Below are positions 18,653-28,735 of a stretch of 64,000 nucleotides of DNA, piece by piece; position 1 is the stretch's first letter, and the number at the start of each line of letters is the position of its first letter. This DNA comes from an uncultured virus (IMG/VR IMGVR_UViG_2922252024_000010) (taxonomy: Duplodnaviria > Heunggongvirae > Uroviricota > Caudoviricetes). The position numbers and the translations under genes are program-made. Location: the IMG/VR virus record IMGVR_UViG_2922252024_000010. One strand, 5' to 3'. The notes below the pieces were generated by a model. It was not told the DNA's origin. It searched no databases and was given only the letters and a program-made list of their open reading frames with translations.

Positions 18653-20677
18653 TTATTTCCCGGTTGATTTCGCCATGCCGCGATAATCCAGAGGAGATAC
18701 ACCGGCATCAATGCGCACTTTGGTGGCAATACCGTCGGTAGTGAAGCCTTCCTGCTGATCGATATACGGAGTATCAACGCCGTTCAGGTAAGCCACTTCG
18801 ATGGTGTCCGTGCCCTTAGCGGCGGCCAGATACCAGGCGCTGGTGTCTTTGGCATCAAGACGCGGCTCCGCGATAACTTCAGCAAAGTTCTGAATTGGGT
18901 TCATGATACCGGCGTTGATATCCGCCCCTTTCACACTGGCAGACTTGATCGTCTGGTTTGCCAGGGTTTCGAGCGCGACTGGCACCAGCATGAATGCCGG
19001 GCGAATATTCAGGGGACGCTCACCCTCTTTCTGCAGACGCATCATCTTGCGCGCTTCATCAAGGCTGGCTACAGAAATCGCGCCTGCGGAAATATTACCG
19101 TGATCAGCATGGAACAGCGGCTTACCATCAGACAATTTCGCGTTTTCGGTCAGAACGGCATACACCAGGTCGCCAATCGTCCCTTTTGCTGCACGGCCCA
19201 TCTTCATAGGAACATCGGTTAACTGATTCAGATCGTCGTTGATGATCGCCTGACGGGTGATAGAGAAGATTTCACCGTAGGTGGCCAGCGCGATGCTTTC
19301 ACCTTTATCTTTGGTGGTCACATACTTATATTCAGCACCTTCGCGTACCTGACGCAGGGATGAGAAGCCGCCCAGACCGACACGATGCGCCGTTTTAAAG
19401 TCAGACAACTGGCCTTTCTTGGTCCACTGCTCAAAAGTTTCTGCCGCTTCCTCCCAGCCCTGCAGTAACGCTTTATTAGCAACGTCGAGCAGGATATTAC
19501 CGAAGTCAGACGTGCTGTGCGTCAGTGCCATACCGACCATTTGCATCGGGTTATAGCTGGAAACGCCGATGCCGCGTTCGGTCAGTGCCATACGGGCATA
19601 TTCGCGCAGCGTCATGCCGTTATAGACGTTGTCCCGCTCCAGGCTCTCGAAGCCAGCGCGCGCCATCAGTGCCTGACGAACTCCGTCGCCAACAAAGTTA
19701 CCGTTCCCGGCGTAAATGTGCGCATCCGTAGTTTTATTCGACGGAGTGGCATTTTTGCCCAGCGCCGCCAGCAATTCATCTTTAGCCTGAGCCACTGTGC
19801 ATTCCGGATCCGCGATGCATTTATTCTGCAGCTCATGATGCTTGCCACCGAACATCGCAAAGAGATCGTTAATTGCGTTAACACGGTTCTTTTGCTCGGC
19901 AAGCACCTGTGCACGGATAGTGGCTTCATCAGAAGTGGACGCTGGCGCTGGGGTCGTCGTTGCCGCCACCTGTGGTTGCGGTTGCTGCGGTTCGCGCTGG
20001 GTAGTATTGCGCGGCGGGGTGATCATGTTACGAATGCTGTTTGGCATCTTTTCAAAGTCCTCAATACGTTTTGATTGAATACAGGCCATCGCCTGCAGAG
20101 ATGTAGTGACCTGATCGGCAAAGCCATGCGCTAAGCATTCTTTACCATCCATCCAGGTTTCATCGTCCAGCATGGCGGCGATTTCATCGGTCGTTTTTCC
20201 TGTTTTCTCCGCGTACGCCGGGATCAGGACAGACTCGACCTTATCCAGCAGATCGGCATAATCCCGCATGTCGTTGGCATCGCCACCTGCGAATCCCCAT
20301 GGTTTGTGGATCATCATCATCGTGTTTTCCGGCATAATTACCGGGTTGCCAACCATCGCAATCACCGAAGCCATTGAAGCTGCCAGACCATCAATGTGAA
20401 CGGTGATTGCCGCGCCGTGATGCTTCAGGGCATTAAAAATGGCGATGCCATCAAAGACATCGCCACCGGGCGAATTGATATGAAGGTTGATATGGGTAAT
20501 ATCGCCCAGCGCCTTCAGGTCATTCACAAACTGGCGCGCCGTCACCCCCCAGTAGCCGATCTCGTCGTAGATATAAATATCCGCTTCGTTGTCGGCGCTG
20601 GCCTGCATACGGAACCAGGAATTACTTTTTGCGCTGGCTTTCGGACGGTGGTGCGCCCGGTTCTTTGGCTTCGGCAC
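18653..20677 (-). CDS. ClpP-type prohead protease-major capsid fusion
   Basis: INSPGG, AASMAS and MIHKP followed by a capsid domain (HSTSDF); GTG start with AAGGAGG RBS. Confidence 0.92.
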   Translation of the reverse strand: MPKPKNRAHHRPKASAKSNSWFRMQASADNEADIYIYDEIGYWGVTARQFVNDLKALGDITHINLHINSPGGDVFDGIAIFNALKHHGAAITVHIDGLAASMASVIAMVGNPVIMPENTMMMIHKPWGFAGGDANDMRDYADLLDKVESVLIPAYAEKTGKTTDEIAAMLDDETWMDGKECLAHGFADQVTTSLQAMACIQSKRIEDFEKMPNSIRNMITPPRNTTQREPQQPQPQVAATTTPAPASTSDEATIRAQVLAEQKNRVNAINDLFAMFGGKHHELQNKCIADPECTVAQAKDELLAALGKNATPSNKTTDAHIYAGNGNFVGDGVRQALMARAGFESLERDNVYNGMTLREYARMALTERGIGVSSYNPMQMVGMALTHSTSDFGNILLDVANKALLQGWEEAAETFEQWTKKGQLSDFKTAHRVGLGGFSSLRQVREGAEYKYVTTKDKGESIALATYGEIFSITRQAIINDDLNQLTDVPMKMGRAAKGTIGDLVYAVLTENAKLSDGKPLFHADHGNISAGAISVASLDEARKMMRLQKEGERPLNIRPAFMLVPVALETLANQTIKSASVKGADINAGIMNPIQNFAEVIAEPRLDAKDTSAWYLAAAKGTDTIEVAYLNGVDTPYIDQQEGFTTDGIATKVRIDAGVSPLDYRGMAKSTGK

Positions 20678-22130
20678 TTGTGCCTCCTTTGTCATTGGCA
20701 GGGTCAGTGTCAAACACCAGCCCCATCTCTTTGTTTTCGTCGATCTCTGCCTTCCGGCGCGCCTTCACATCGTTCGGGTTACGTCCGCTGGCGCGGACCC
20801 AGTCGGATTCCGTTGCCGCTCCGCCCCGGATCTGTAACTTCCAGGCATTGGCCTCTTTAACCGGATCGATCCACGGCATAACAGGGCCGGAATACACCGC
20901 CGAGTACAGCGACTCCATATCCAGACCGCGGGGTAATTTAATCTCGCCAGCGGCCACCGCCATTTTCAGCCAGGCGCGGTACATTGGCCGGGTCACCGCG
21001 CCAATAAACCAGTCCTGTAAAATGAGATAGCCATCTGTTGATTCCACCAGTTCCTGCCGCTGCGCGCTGTAGGTGCCGTTGTAGTTTCTGGCTGTGCTTG
21101 AAAAGCTGAGTCGGCTGCCTGCTGCAACAGCGCGAAGTTGCCCATTTCGGAAGGTTTCAAGGTTAGGATTGGGCCGGTCAGATTTCACCATGCCGATATC
21201 TTCACCAGGTTTCAGATCGTCATAAATGATGCCAGGCTGAATCATCAATTCCCGATCATCATCATCGGAAGAACTGTTACCCTCCTCTAAGCTTTGCCCG
21301 TCCCCCTTTTTGATGTACATACCCAGCGCAGCAGCAATACGTGCGGCGGTGAGCTCAGCATCTTCATACTCTTTGAGTGCACTCAGACGCATCAGTACAC
21401 CGGATAGCATCGATACGCCCCGGGTCTGGTGCAGACGGCGGACAAATTTAAGATGCAGCATGTTTTCCGCATCCACTTCTTTGGTATCAAGCTGACGGCC
21501 TGAAACGGGCAGGCTTTTATAAACCTGATATTTCCTTGGTCTGCCCCAGTTGTCGACGAATACCCCCTGATTAAGCTGGCTGGCAGCATCGCTGTTCATG
21601 GGAATAAAATCTGGTTCAAGCGCTTCAAGCCAGAAGGGGATACCGGCTGCTGGCGTAAGACCATTCCCGGTTCCACTGACAAGCTGGGCAAACACTTCGC
21701 CATCCCTCAGCCAGGTGCGCAACATCAGGCGCTCAAGCATCGGGCGGGTAAACTGGTTCGTGACATCAGGCCTGACAGACCATTCTGCCCATTTATTACG
21801 GATCTGATCTGCAAGCTTTTTGGCGATTTTACCGTTCATCAGTTTGGGATGGGGTTCAACAATAATTCCGGCTTTCCCAACCACCCGCTCTTCCAGCTTA
21901 TCGAACACCCCAATCACCAGATCGTGATTGTTATCGAGCCACCTGGCCTGCTCCCGCAGTGATACCGCCCCCATTTTGCTGAGCTGATCAGCTGAACGAT
22001 TTTCACGGCGCCCTTTGTGCGTTCTGGTCGGGGTAACGGCTTCATATGCCCTGATTTTCGCGCGCGCCTGCAGACGGGCAGCTTTCCAGCCAGGCGAAAA
22101 GACCCCAATCGCATCATCTAAAAGGCTCAT
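20622..22130 (-). CDS. Portal protein, lambda family
   Basis: QTRGVS, YSAQRQEL, WIDPVKE. Confidence 0.94.
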   Translation of the reverse strand: MSLLDDAIGVFSPGWKAARLQARAKIRAYEAVTPTRTHKGRRENRSADQLSKMGAVSLREQARWLDNNHDLVIGVFDKLEERVVGKAGIIVEPHPKLMNGKIAKKLADQIRNKWAEWSVRPDVTNQFTRPMLERLMLRTWLRDGEVFAQLVSGTGNGLTPAAGIPFWLEALEPDFIPMNSDAASQLNQGVFVDNWGRPRKYQVYKSLPVSGRQLDTKEVDAENMLHLKFVRRLHQTRGVSMLSGVLMRLSALKEYEDAELTAARIAAALGMYIKKGDGQSLEEGNSSSDDDDRELMIQPGIIYDDLKPGEDIGMVKSDRPNPNLETFRNGQLRAVAAGSRLSFSSTARNYNGTYSAQRQELVESTDGYLILQDWFIGAVTRPMYRAWLKMAVAAGEIKLPRGLDMESLYSAVYSGPVMPWIDPVKEANAWKLQIRGGAATESDWVRASGRNPNDVKARRKAEIDENKEMGLVFDTDPANDKGGTSAEAKEPGAPPSESQRKK

Positions 22131-22342
22131 TCAAACCTCGCCAGTCGGTAACCGGGTCGCCCGCGGCGATGAGAAATAAGAGAAGAGAGCCGACGCTCCC
22201 ACTCCTGACGCCCTTTTCGGATTTCAGACAGGTTCTCCATCGTCATTTCCTGCCCATTGAAACGGATAGTTTTGCCATCCAGCACCGCCATTTCGGCTTC
22301 GGTATATCGCTGGATCATGGCTTCAATATCAACACGGTTCAC
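22127..22342 (-). CDS. Head completion protein (gpW-like)
   Basis: Small ORF between terminase and portal. Confidence 0.8.
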   Translation of the reverse strand: MNRVDIEAMIQRYTEAEMAVLDGKTIRFNGQEMTMENLSEIRKGRQEWERRLSSLISHRRGRPGYRLARFE

Positions 22343-24441
22343 AACCATCCTCCTGATGTACTCCAGGGGTTAGAATCATCGGTTACGGGCTTTTTCCGCT
22401 TCCGTTTTTTGGTGGGTACTGGTTCTGGTGTCTGGGATGCCGCTTCGCCAGCTTCCGGCGGCGCGTTCTCCAGCCAGGTTTCCCGCCTCGCCCACTCAGG
22501 AGCAGCGGGCCATTTGATTTTCTCGTAGCCGTGGAGGATGGCGAGCGCATCAGCGTAGACCAGCAGGTCAAATGCTTCGTTTGCACCACGTCCCGGCTTA
22601 CTCCATTTGCCATCAGTCGATCGCTCCTCATAGGTCAGTTCATCGTAAAACCAGCTGCCGAGCCAGTCAGGGAAATGCACATAGCCAGGGCCTGGTGAAT
22701 CACGCCACAAAGCGTTGTTCACCCGGTCTTTCAGAGCATCGGTCTGGATCAAGTAAAGCGGGACATCACCAGAAGCCTGTGCCCGTCGGCTTGAACGTCC
22801 GGTATTATCAGGAAAGGTTCGGGAGATAAGTTTGGATCGGCGGACACTGTCGCCTTTGAACAGGTAAATCTGTTTTCCGAGTCCTTCACGACGACACTTA
22901 CGCCAGAATTTATAAGCGTTGTCGGTCACACCATCCTCACCGCCGGAGTCAACGGCCATCGCCATCAGCCGCATACACCTAGTCGGATCCGATGCCATTG
23001 GCCAGGCTTTGTTAAACACATCGGTCAGCAATAAATCCCAGTCTTCCGGATAGCTTGCCGGGTCAATCTGCTGGCTCTCGCCATTGGCGTCATAGCGCAT
23101 CGACTGCCTGATATTGTAGCGGTCCACCAGCCAGCGCTCTCCCATGCTGCCGTAGCCAGTAACCTGAACAACAAAACGCCGGTTGCGCCCCGCCTGAACA
23201 TCGACGGTCGCCATAAGGAAACAAACCCCGTCCGGAACAGAGCGCTTTGGTACAACCTCCGCACGCTGCTCAAGCAGTTCACTTTTGCGCTGTTCCATGC
23301 TGGAGCGAGGAAGATACGGACGCCCAAAGTCGGTGTTGATTACCGTCTTCAGTGCCTCCTCGCTGCCAGTGGCCTGATAGTCCTGCTCAGCGGTAAGAAA
23401 TTTATAGATGAGCTGCGCCCAGGTCTGGTACGCGGCGGCAGGGCCTTCCATCCAGAAGGAGGCAATGCGCGAGCGTCGCCCTTCCCCAGTGATAACACCA
23501 TCGTTGTCGATGGTTTGCCCATCCCGCAGCCACTTCCCTTTCATATTGAGCGAACGCTTCATATCCGCAGTGATGTGCTCTTTACAGGCAGGGCATTGAA
23601 GACAGGCTTTCTCGCTGGCCTGAACAGGGTCCGCGATATCGCGGTAACCTGTCATATTGTCCATTTCAGGCTGGAAATATTCACCGCAATGTGGGCACGG
23701 CCAGTAAAGGCGACGGCGATCACCACGGTTGTACAGCGCCAGAATCCCCGTTGAAGGAGGTGCTTCATGCGGTGAGCTACGGCGCCATTTTGTGTCACGT
23801 ATGTCGCGGCCCGGCGAACTCTCAACCAGTGTCATACCTGACGACATGAACGTTGTTGTTCGCTTTGATGCCAGTGAAAAGGCGTCACCTTCCCCGTCAA
23901 TGTCTTCCGGGAAACGGTCATAGTCGGTTAGTGCCACGCATTTATAGTCCGATGAGGACATGATATTGACCGATGGCCAGCCGATTTTCAGGTAGTTCCC
24001 GGCGCGAAACGTGCGGTCATATACGTTGTTATCATTACGCCGCGGGCTCAGTCGGGATTTCACTTCAGGGCTGCAACGGAATGTACGATCAAGACGCTTT
24101 TTGGAGTGCTCGCGCGCCTTTTCCTCAGTCATCTGAATCAGGAGCATATCAGCCGGATCACAGACAACGTTGTAAACAATCCAGCCATCAATCAGACCAA
24201 TGGTTTTACCCGTTCGCGCCGGACCAACAAACACTACCGCGTCATATTCACGCGATGCCAGGCAGTTCATCGGTTCAATCACGTAAGGTGCCAGATCCGG
24301 ATCCCATGGAACGGAGTTACCCGCCCCCATCGGCACGCGCATATAAGTACTGACCGCATCGGCCACCTGCATTCGACGCGGGGCACGTAAGATACCGGAA
24401 ACATCGCGGCGGATGCCTCTGGCGGATGCCCGCTTTGCCAT
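22339..24441 (-). CDS. Terminase large subunit (GpA family)
   Basis: Walker A-like ARTGKT, CPHC zinc motif, VDVQ, NEAFDL. Confidence 0.95.
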   Translation of the reverse strand: MAKRASARGIRRDVSGILRAPRRMQVADAVSTYMRVPMGAGNSVPWDPDLAPYVIEPMNCLASREYDAVVFVGPARTGKTIGLIDGWIVYNVVCDPADMLLIQMTEEKAREHSKKRLDRTFRCSPEVKSRLSPRRNDNNVYDRTFRAGNYLKIGWPSVNIMSSSDYKCVALTDYDRFPEDIDGEGDAFSLASKRTTTFMSSGMTLVESSPGRDIRDTKWRRSSPHEAPPSTGILALYNRGDRRRLYWPCPHCGEYFQPEMDNMTGYRDIADPVQASEKACLQCPACKEHITADMKRSLNMKGKWLRDGQTIDNDGVITGEGRRSRIASFWMEGPAAAYQTWAQLIYKFLTAEQDYQATGSEEALKTVINTDFGRPYLPRSSMEQRKSELLEQRAEVVPKRSVPDGVCFLMATVDVQAGRNRRFVVQVTGYGSMGERWLVDRYNIRQSMRYDANGESQQIDPASYPEDWDLLLTDVFNKAWPMASDPTRCMRLMAMAVDSGGEDGVTDNAYKFWRKCRREGLGKQIYLFKGDSVRRSKLISRTFPDNTGRSSRRAQASGDVPLYLIQTDALKDRVNNALWRDSPGPGYVHFPDWLGSWFYDELTYEERSTDGKWSKPGRGANEAFDLLVYADALAILHGYEKIKWPAAPEWARRETWLENAPPEAGEAASQTPEPVPTKKRKRKKPVTDDSNPWSTSGGWL

Positions 24442-24929
24442 CAGTCCTCCTCTGGCTCTTCCTCCTCTGCTTCAGCGTCCTGCACCCTCTCCGCCATCTG
24501 ATCGCGCAGGTCATCAATAACGCTCTGCACGCGAGAAACCGCAACAGGCGTTAATGCACAGTCACGCTCAAGTACATCAGGGAGGGTTTCAAGTACCATG
24601 ACGACGGCTTTCGCCATCAATGAGAATTCGCGCGCCACTTCATCAGCGGGAATGAGCTGCCCCGTATCCTGCTCAAACTTGAGTCGCTCATTCTCCGCTT
24701 TCCAGTGGGAAAGCCTGTCCGATGGCAGCATGTCATCGATATTGGCTGACACAGTGGGGATCATCAGTTCGGTCAGAATGTCGGTGATCAGGTAAAGCTT
24801 TAATTTGCTGTTGCTACCTGGTGCCGGTTCAATATTTTTCAGCCTGGCGGCGACCGTCTGACGGTGTACGCCAGTGATCCCCGCCAACTGGTTGATATTC
24901 AGTTTTAAAGTGGCAATTTCCTGGTCCAT
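24441..24929 (-). CDS. Terminase small subunit (Nu1/DUF1441-like)
   Basis: N-terminal HTH LNINQLAGITGVHRQTV; directly after cos. Confidence 0.9.
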   Translation of the reverse strand: MDQEIATLKLNINQLAGITGVHRQTVAARLKNIEPAPGSNSKLKLYLITDILTELMIPTVSANIDDMLPSDRLSHWKAENERLKFEQDTGQLIPADEVAREFSLMAKAVVMVLETLPDVLERDCALTPVAVSRVQSVIDDLRDQMAERVQDAEAEEEEPEED

Positions 24930-25046
24930 GATGGTGAACACTTTTTAAACGATTCGACATCTGCACGAAATCGCCTCCAATGAGATCAATAACCTGCGCA
25001 AATGATGATGATGACCTTAGATCTGAAAAACTAGCCGTTTTCCGCG

Positions 25047-25087
25047 AGCACGCCGCCCCGTGGCAGGCCGCCCCGCCAGGAGGACCC
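25047..25087 (-). other. cos site: cosN core GGGCGGCGTGCT and cosQ GGGTCCT
   Basis: Minus strand GGGTCCT-22 nt-GGGCGGCGTGCT with acg / cgcgg flanks; lambda core is GGGCGGCGACCT. Confidence 0.85.
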
Positions 25088-25144
25088 GCCAAAATGGTAA
25101 TGGTTATCATTTTCATGATTGACAGTGATCATAAAACAGCCCCG

Positions 25145-25684
25145 CTATTGCGAGGCTATGGGGTTGTTGTTTGACTCTCTCACCGAATCGTAAATACGTT
25201 CACACGTCATCCCGGCGGTGTAGCGTTCGTCAGCGATTCCAGCATATCGCTTAGCTTCTGCTGCAATATCTCCGAGCATGTCGGCGAGCACTGCGGCGTC
25301 GGCTCCGGCTGTTTTGCTTCTGACGGCAGCGGTAAGATCTGCGGTGTGCTTTGCGGCGTCCAGACGGGCGGCAAGCTTTGTTGCTTCTGTGCGCAACTGG
25401 CTAACAGTGGCAGACAGGCCAGCAGCAGTGGCAGCAGATTTAGCAGCTTGTGCTTGTGCATCTTTTACAGCCTCATCACGGGCAATTATGCGCCCTTGTT
25501 CAATCCAGCGGGCGGCAGTCTGCGCGTTCGCTTCCTGTGAAGATTCCACGCTATTGCGGTCAGCCCACTTCTTTTGCCAGCCCCGCTCACTCCAGACATT
25601 CCCGGCAAGAAACGCACCAGCCATCAGCAACAATACAATGATTGTTTTCCACCGGGCCTTAACTAAAGCAAAGATCGCTGTCAT
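25145..25684 (-). CDS. i-spanin (Rz-like, DUF2514-type)
   Basis: Single N-terminal TM plus Ala-rich coiled coil, after the endolysin. Confidence 0.85.
   Translation of the reverse strand: MTAIFALVKARWKTIIVLLLMAGAFLAGNVWSERGWQKKWADRNSVESSQEANAQTAARWIEQGRIIARDEAVKDAQAQAAKSAATAAGLSATVSQLRTEATKLAARLDAAKHTADLTAAVRSKTAGADAAVLADMLGDIAAEAKRYAGIADERYTAGMTCERIYDSVRESNNNPIASQ
25207..25461 (-). CDS. o-spanin (Rz1-like) embedded in Rz
   Basis: Lipobox LASC and Pro-rich mature part, in an alternate frame inside Rz. Confidence 0.8.
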   Translation of the reverse strand: MHKHKLLNLLPLLLACLPLLASCAQKQQSLPPVWTPQSTPQILPLPSEAKQPEPTPQCSPTCSEILQQKLSDMLESLTNATPPG

Positions 25685-26298
25685 ACCAGCAACGCCGCCC
25701 GCGCTTTGTTATAACGACTATTTCTGTCAGCCAGTCCATTCTGGCCACCGTTAATGATCTGCGTGACACGTACAACATCACCTGAATACATCAGGCAACC
25801 ACGTAACGTGAAATACCAGGCAGCAGAACGGGCTGCATGCTTCTCCTGTGTCAGCAACTCTGGTGTGCTGATCAGATCGAGCTTCAACGCCGCACCGCAT
25901 TTAACGTAGTTCTCGCGGCCAGTGATTTGAAGCAGGCCACGACCGCGATATTTCCAGCCATCACCCTGGCTGTTATTCCCCATGCGGTCACCGTACACCA
26001 GATTGGCTATTTGCGGCTGGTGGGCCACCTGCTTACCATCGACACGACCCAGCATTTCACACTGATAAGGAGTAAGGCGTTTACCAAAGGTTTTCTTCAG
26101 CCCCTCTACCGAGTAGTTGAAGCTTTCCACCAGCGAGGTAAAACCCGCAGACTCATGCCCAACCTGGGCGATGAACATAGCCAGATCGTTCGTAGCTGTA
26201 ATGCCAAACTCTTTCATTGCCGCATCAATGTGCGGAAACCAGCGCGCAGAAAGCCCGGCGCTGATACCAGCCGCCTGCTGAAATTGTGATTGGTTCAT
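25681..26298 (-). CDS. Endolysin, glycoside hydrolase family 19
   Basis: [25 protein letters not shown]. Confidence 0.93.
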   Translation of the reverse strand: MNQSQFQQAAGISAGLSARWFPHIDAAMKEFGITATNDLAMFIAQVGHESAGFTSLVESFNYSVEGLKKTFGKRLTPYQCEMLGRVDGKQVAHQPQIANLVYGDRMGNNSQGDGWKYRGRGLLQITGRENYVKCGAALKLDLISTPELLTQEKHAARSAAWYFTLRGCLMYSGDVVRVTQIINGGQNGLADRNSRYNKARAALLV

Positions 26299-26579
26299 TA
26301 GTGCCTCAGATGATCAACCAGACGTGCCACGTTGCCTCTTACGGCGACCAGCACGGACAGGAAAATAAAGTTGGCCCCGATAGTGGCCCATGATGAGTAC
26401 GGGTAAATACCGCACAGATACGCCAGCGGAACGGCGCTGTAGATAACCGTAAGCAGCCACGCTAAACGAGATATCCACGGTCGATGTCGCGAGTCGCCGC
26501 GACGGTAAAACATCAGGGTTAACACTACCCCAGCACAAAGCAATGCATTAAAAGTTGCCGATGGGTCATTTTGTACCAC
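26298..26579 (-). CDS. Holin-like membrane protein
   Basis: Three hydrophobic segments; RGNVA C-terminal motif; lysis cassette. Confidence 0.8.
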   Translation of the reverse strand: MVQNDPSATFNALLCAGVVLTLMFYRRGDSRHRPWISRLAWLLTVIYSAVPLAYLCGIYPYSSWATIGANFIFLSVLVAVRGNVARLVDHLRH

Positions 26580-26952
26580 CTGAACCTCCCCGGCGCGTTA
26601 TCAGCGCCACCAGCGAGCCGACATCCTGATTATTCAGGAACGTCAGGATTTTGACGGCTAAAGCAGAAACGATTACGGCGCCAATGGCATCCAGTGGTTT
26701 ATCACTGTAGCCGGTAGCCTGAGCCAGCTTTGAACCCACCAGCCCGGAACAAAGGATCCCCGCGATATACGAAACCAGAAAATATGCCAGTCGGCGCGCT
26801 GCACTCAGGTCCGCTGTGGTTGCAATGTAAAATACAGCTCCGGCAAACGCGCCAAACACCACGCCGTAATCGGTTCCGGACAGAAATCCATAGACGCTGG
26901 CCCCCGTCAGGACACCACCAGCCAGCCCAGTACCGGAAATCGGATCGGACAT
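26566..26952 (-). CDS. Putative holin
   Basis: Multi-TM; GAFAGAVF; first gene of the lysis cassette. Confidence 0.8.
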   Translation of the reverse strand: MSDPISGTGLAGGVLTGASVYGFLSGTDYGVVFGAFAGAVFYIATTADLSAARRLAYFLVSYIAGILCSGLVGSKLAQATGYSDKPLDAIGAVIVSALAVKILTFLNNQDVGSLVALITRRGGSGGTK

Positions 26953-27100
26953 TTAGCCCCCTCTTAATTGCTGTGATTCCTCTCAGAAATGAGGGGATGT
27001 GGAATCAGGCAACCGGGCTCTTTTGTTCAAATAAAAGTAAGGATGATTCCCGGTGCCTGAAAATGGTAATCGCCACAGCAACGGGGAAGCGTGGTGATCG

Positions 27101-28153
27101 TTATGATTTTTTCAGTTTTTCCACCTCTTCGGTGGTCTGTATAAACCTGTCTTCCTCCAGTTCTACGCCGATCGCCCGACGGCCAAGTTCTATTGCTGCT
27201 TTCACAGTTGAACCAGAGCCCATAAAGAAATCGGCAACAATATCCCCCGGCCTGCTGCTGGCGCTAATGAGCTGTTTCAGCATATCGGCAGGTTTTTCGC
27301 ATGGATGTTTGCCTGGATAAAACTGAACAGGCTTATGCGTCCATACGTCGGTATACGGAACAAGAGCGGAAACAGAGAAGCAGCGCCGGAGGGTTTTGTA
27401 TTCCTCCAGCAATTCTGAATACTTGCGGTTTAATGACTGATAGGTAGCTACCAGCTGGTGGTGAGGATGTTCAAGCTTCTGCTGAATGTGCTTATCGATA
27501 GCGATCCGCGTGAACAGTTCCTGCAATTTTCTATAGTCCACTTCATTTGGTAGTTGCCATTGGCTTGCACCAAACCAGTGTGACGCCATGTTTTTCTTTC
27601 CGGTTGCCTCAGCTATTTCTTTCGAGCTGACACCCAGTGATTCACGGGCATTACGGAAGTAATCAATCAGCGGCGTCATAATGTGCTGCTTTAGCTCTGT
27701 GCTTTTCCTTTCGTAAACATCCTCTTTACCTGTGTACGGCCCAAGATAGTGCTCAGCAAACAAAATCCGTTCCGTAGATGGAAAGTACGCGCGCAGGCTT
27801 TCTTTGTTACATCCATTCCAGCGGCCCGATGGTTTTGCCCAAATGATGTGATTCAAAACGTTGAACCGGGCACGCATCATAATCTCTATGTCTGAGGCCA
27901 GTCGGTGACCGCAAAACAGGTAGATGCTGCCAGCAGGTTTAAGAACGCGAGCATACTCAGCCAGGCAGCTATCAAGCCAGCGTAAGTAGTCCTCGTCCCC
28001 CTTCCATTGGTTGTCCCAGCCGTTGGGCTTCACTTTGAAGTACGGAGGATCCGTAACTATAAGATCAATAGAGTTATCCGGGAGGGTGGCGACGTAATGC
28101 AGGCTATCAGCGTTGATTAACTCAGCACTGTTTATTTTTACAGTATTTTTCAT
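27101..28153 (-). CDS. N6-adenine/N4-cytosine DNA methyltransferase (beta class) with HTH-like insertion
   Basis: DPPY precedes HPCEKP and DFFMGSGST. Confidence 0.92.
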   Translation of the reverse strand: MKNTVKINSAELINADSLHYVATLPDNSIDLIVTDPPYFKVKPNGWDNQWKGDEDYLRWLDSCLAEYARVLKPAGSIYLFCGHRLASDIEIMMRARFNVLNHIIWAKPSGRWNGCNKESLRAYFPSTERILFAEHYLGPYTGKEDVYERKSTELKQHIMTPLIDYFRNARESLGVSSKEIAEATGKKNMASHWFGASQWQLPNEVDYRKLQELFTRIAIDKHIQQKLEHPHHQLVATYQSLNRKYSELLEEYKTLRRCFSVSALVPYTDVWTHKPVQFYPGKHPCEKPADMLKQLISASSRPGDIVADFFMGSGSTVKAAIELGRRAIGVELEEDRFIQTTEEVEKLKKS

Positions 28154-28303
28154 AGATCAGTAAGCGTAACTCTGATAGGCTCACGTTGCTTTTGCGCTAA
28201 AGCAGTGGGCCTTGGTTAGCTTGTGACCTGAAAGCATGAGCTGATGGCTGGCCGGGTGCGCTAACACCCACCAGCCGCCCATTTCCACAGCAGAAAGCCC
28301 CCA

Positions 28304-28495
28304 TTACTGGAGGCGTTTATAACATCCAAACTGGTAATCAGATAACCCCGCCATCACCAGCTGTGTGAGTATGAGCTGACAACGTTCGCGGCTGAGGTGG
28401 GTATTCTGTGCAATCTCCCCAGTCGTTGCTGGTTTATCGCTTAATTCATTGAAAACAGCCTTTGCCGTTTCTGTCATATCTTCCTGATTTAGCAT
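28304..28495 (-). CDS. Small winged-HTH-like protein
   Basis: ATTGEIAQNTHLSRERCQLILTQLV; RBS present. Confidence 0.65.
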   Translation of the reverse strand: MLNQEDMTETAKAVFNELSDKPATTGEIAQNTHLSRERCQLILTQLVMAGLSDYQFGCYKRLQ

Positions 28496-28617
28496 GTCTT
28501 TTACCTAAAATTAGTTGCGTGACATACAAATAACTCTGGTTGGTGATACCAGCAAGAGAAGAATTCCATTCTGCGACCGCCAGCGCCTTTATGCGCCGTG
28601 CATGGCTGATTTGCCAT

Positions 28618-28643
28618 AAAAAAACCCGCTCATCGGCGGGTTT
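28618..28643 (-). terminator. tR'-like terminator
   Basis: AAACCCGC-cgatga-GCGGGTTTTTTT on the - strand. Confidence 0.85.
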
Positions 28644-28665
28644 ATATAACTTTGGCAACATATCA

Positions 28666-28705
28666 AATATGCTTTAAATATGGCTTATTTTGTTGCATTT
28701 TGCAA
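28666..28705 (-). promoter_or_regulatory. Late promoter pR'-like, with repeated -10-like pause element
   Basis: TTGCAA-17-CATATT, then a second CATATT 5 nt downstream; immediately after Q. Confidence 0.75.
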
Positions 28706-28735
28706 GCGCGTTTGAAGGAGATAGTGAAATTTACT

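Noticed and set aside
25001..25014. (ATG)4 microsatellite near cos
   Set aside because: Too short; more likely part of a terminase-binding region.
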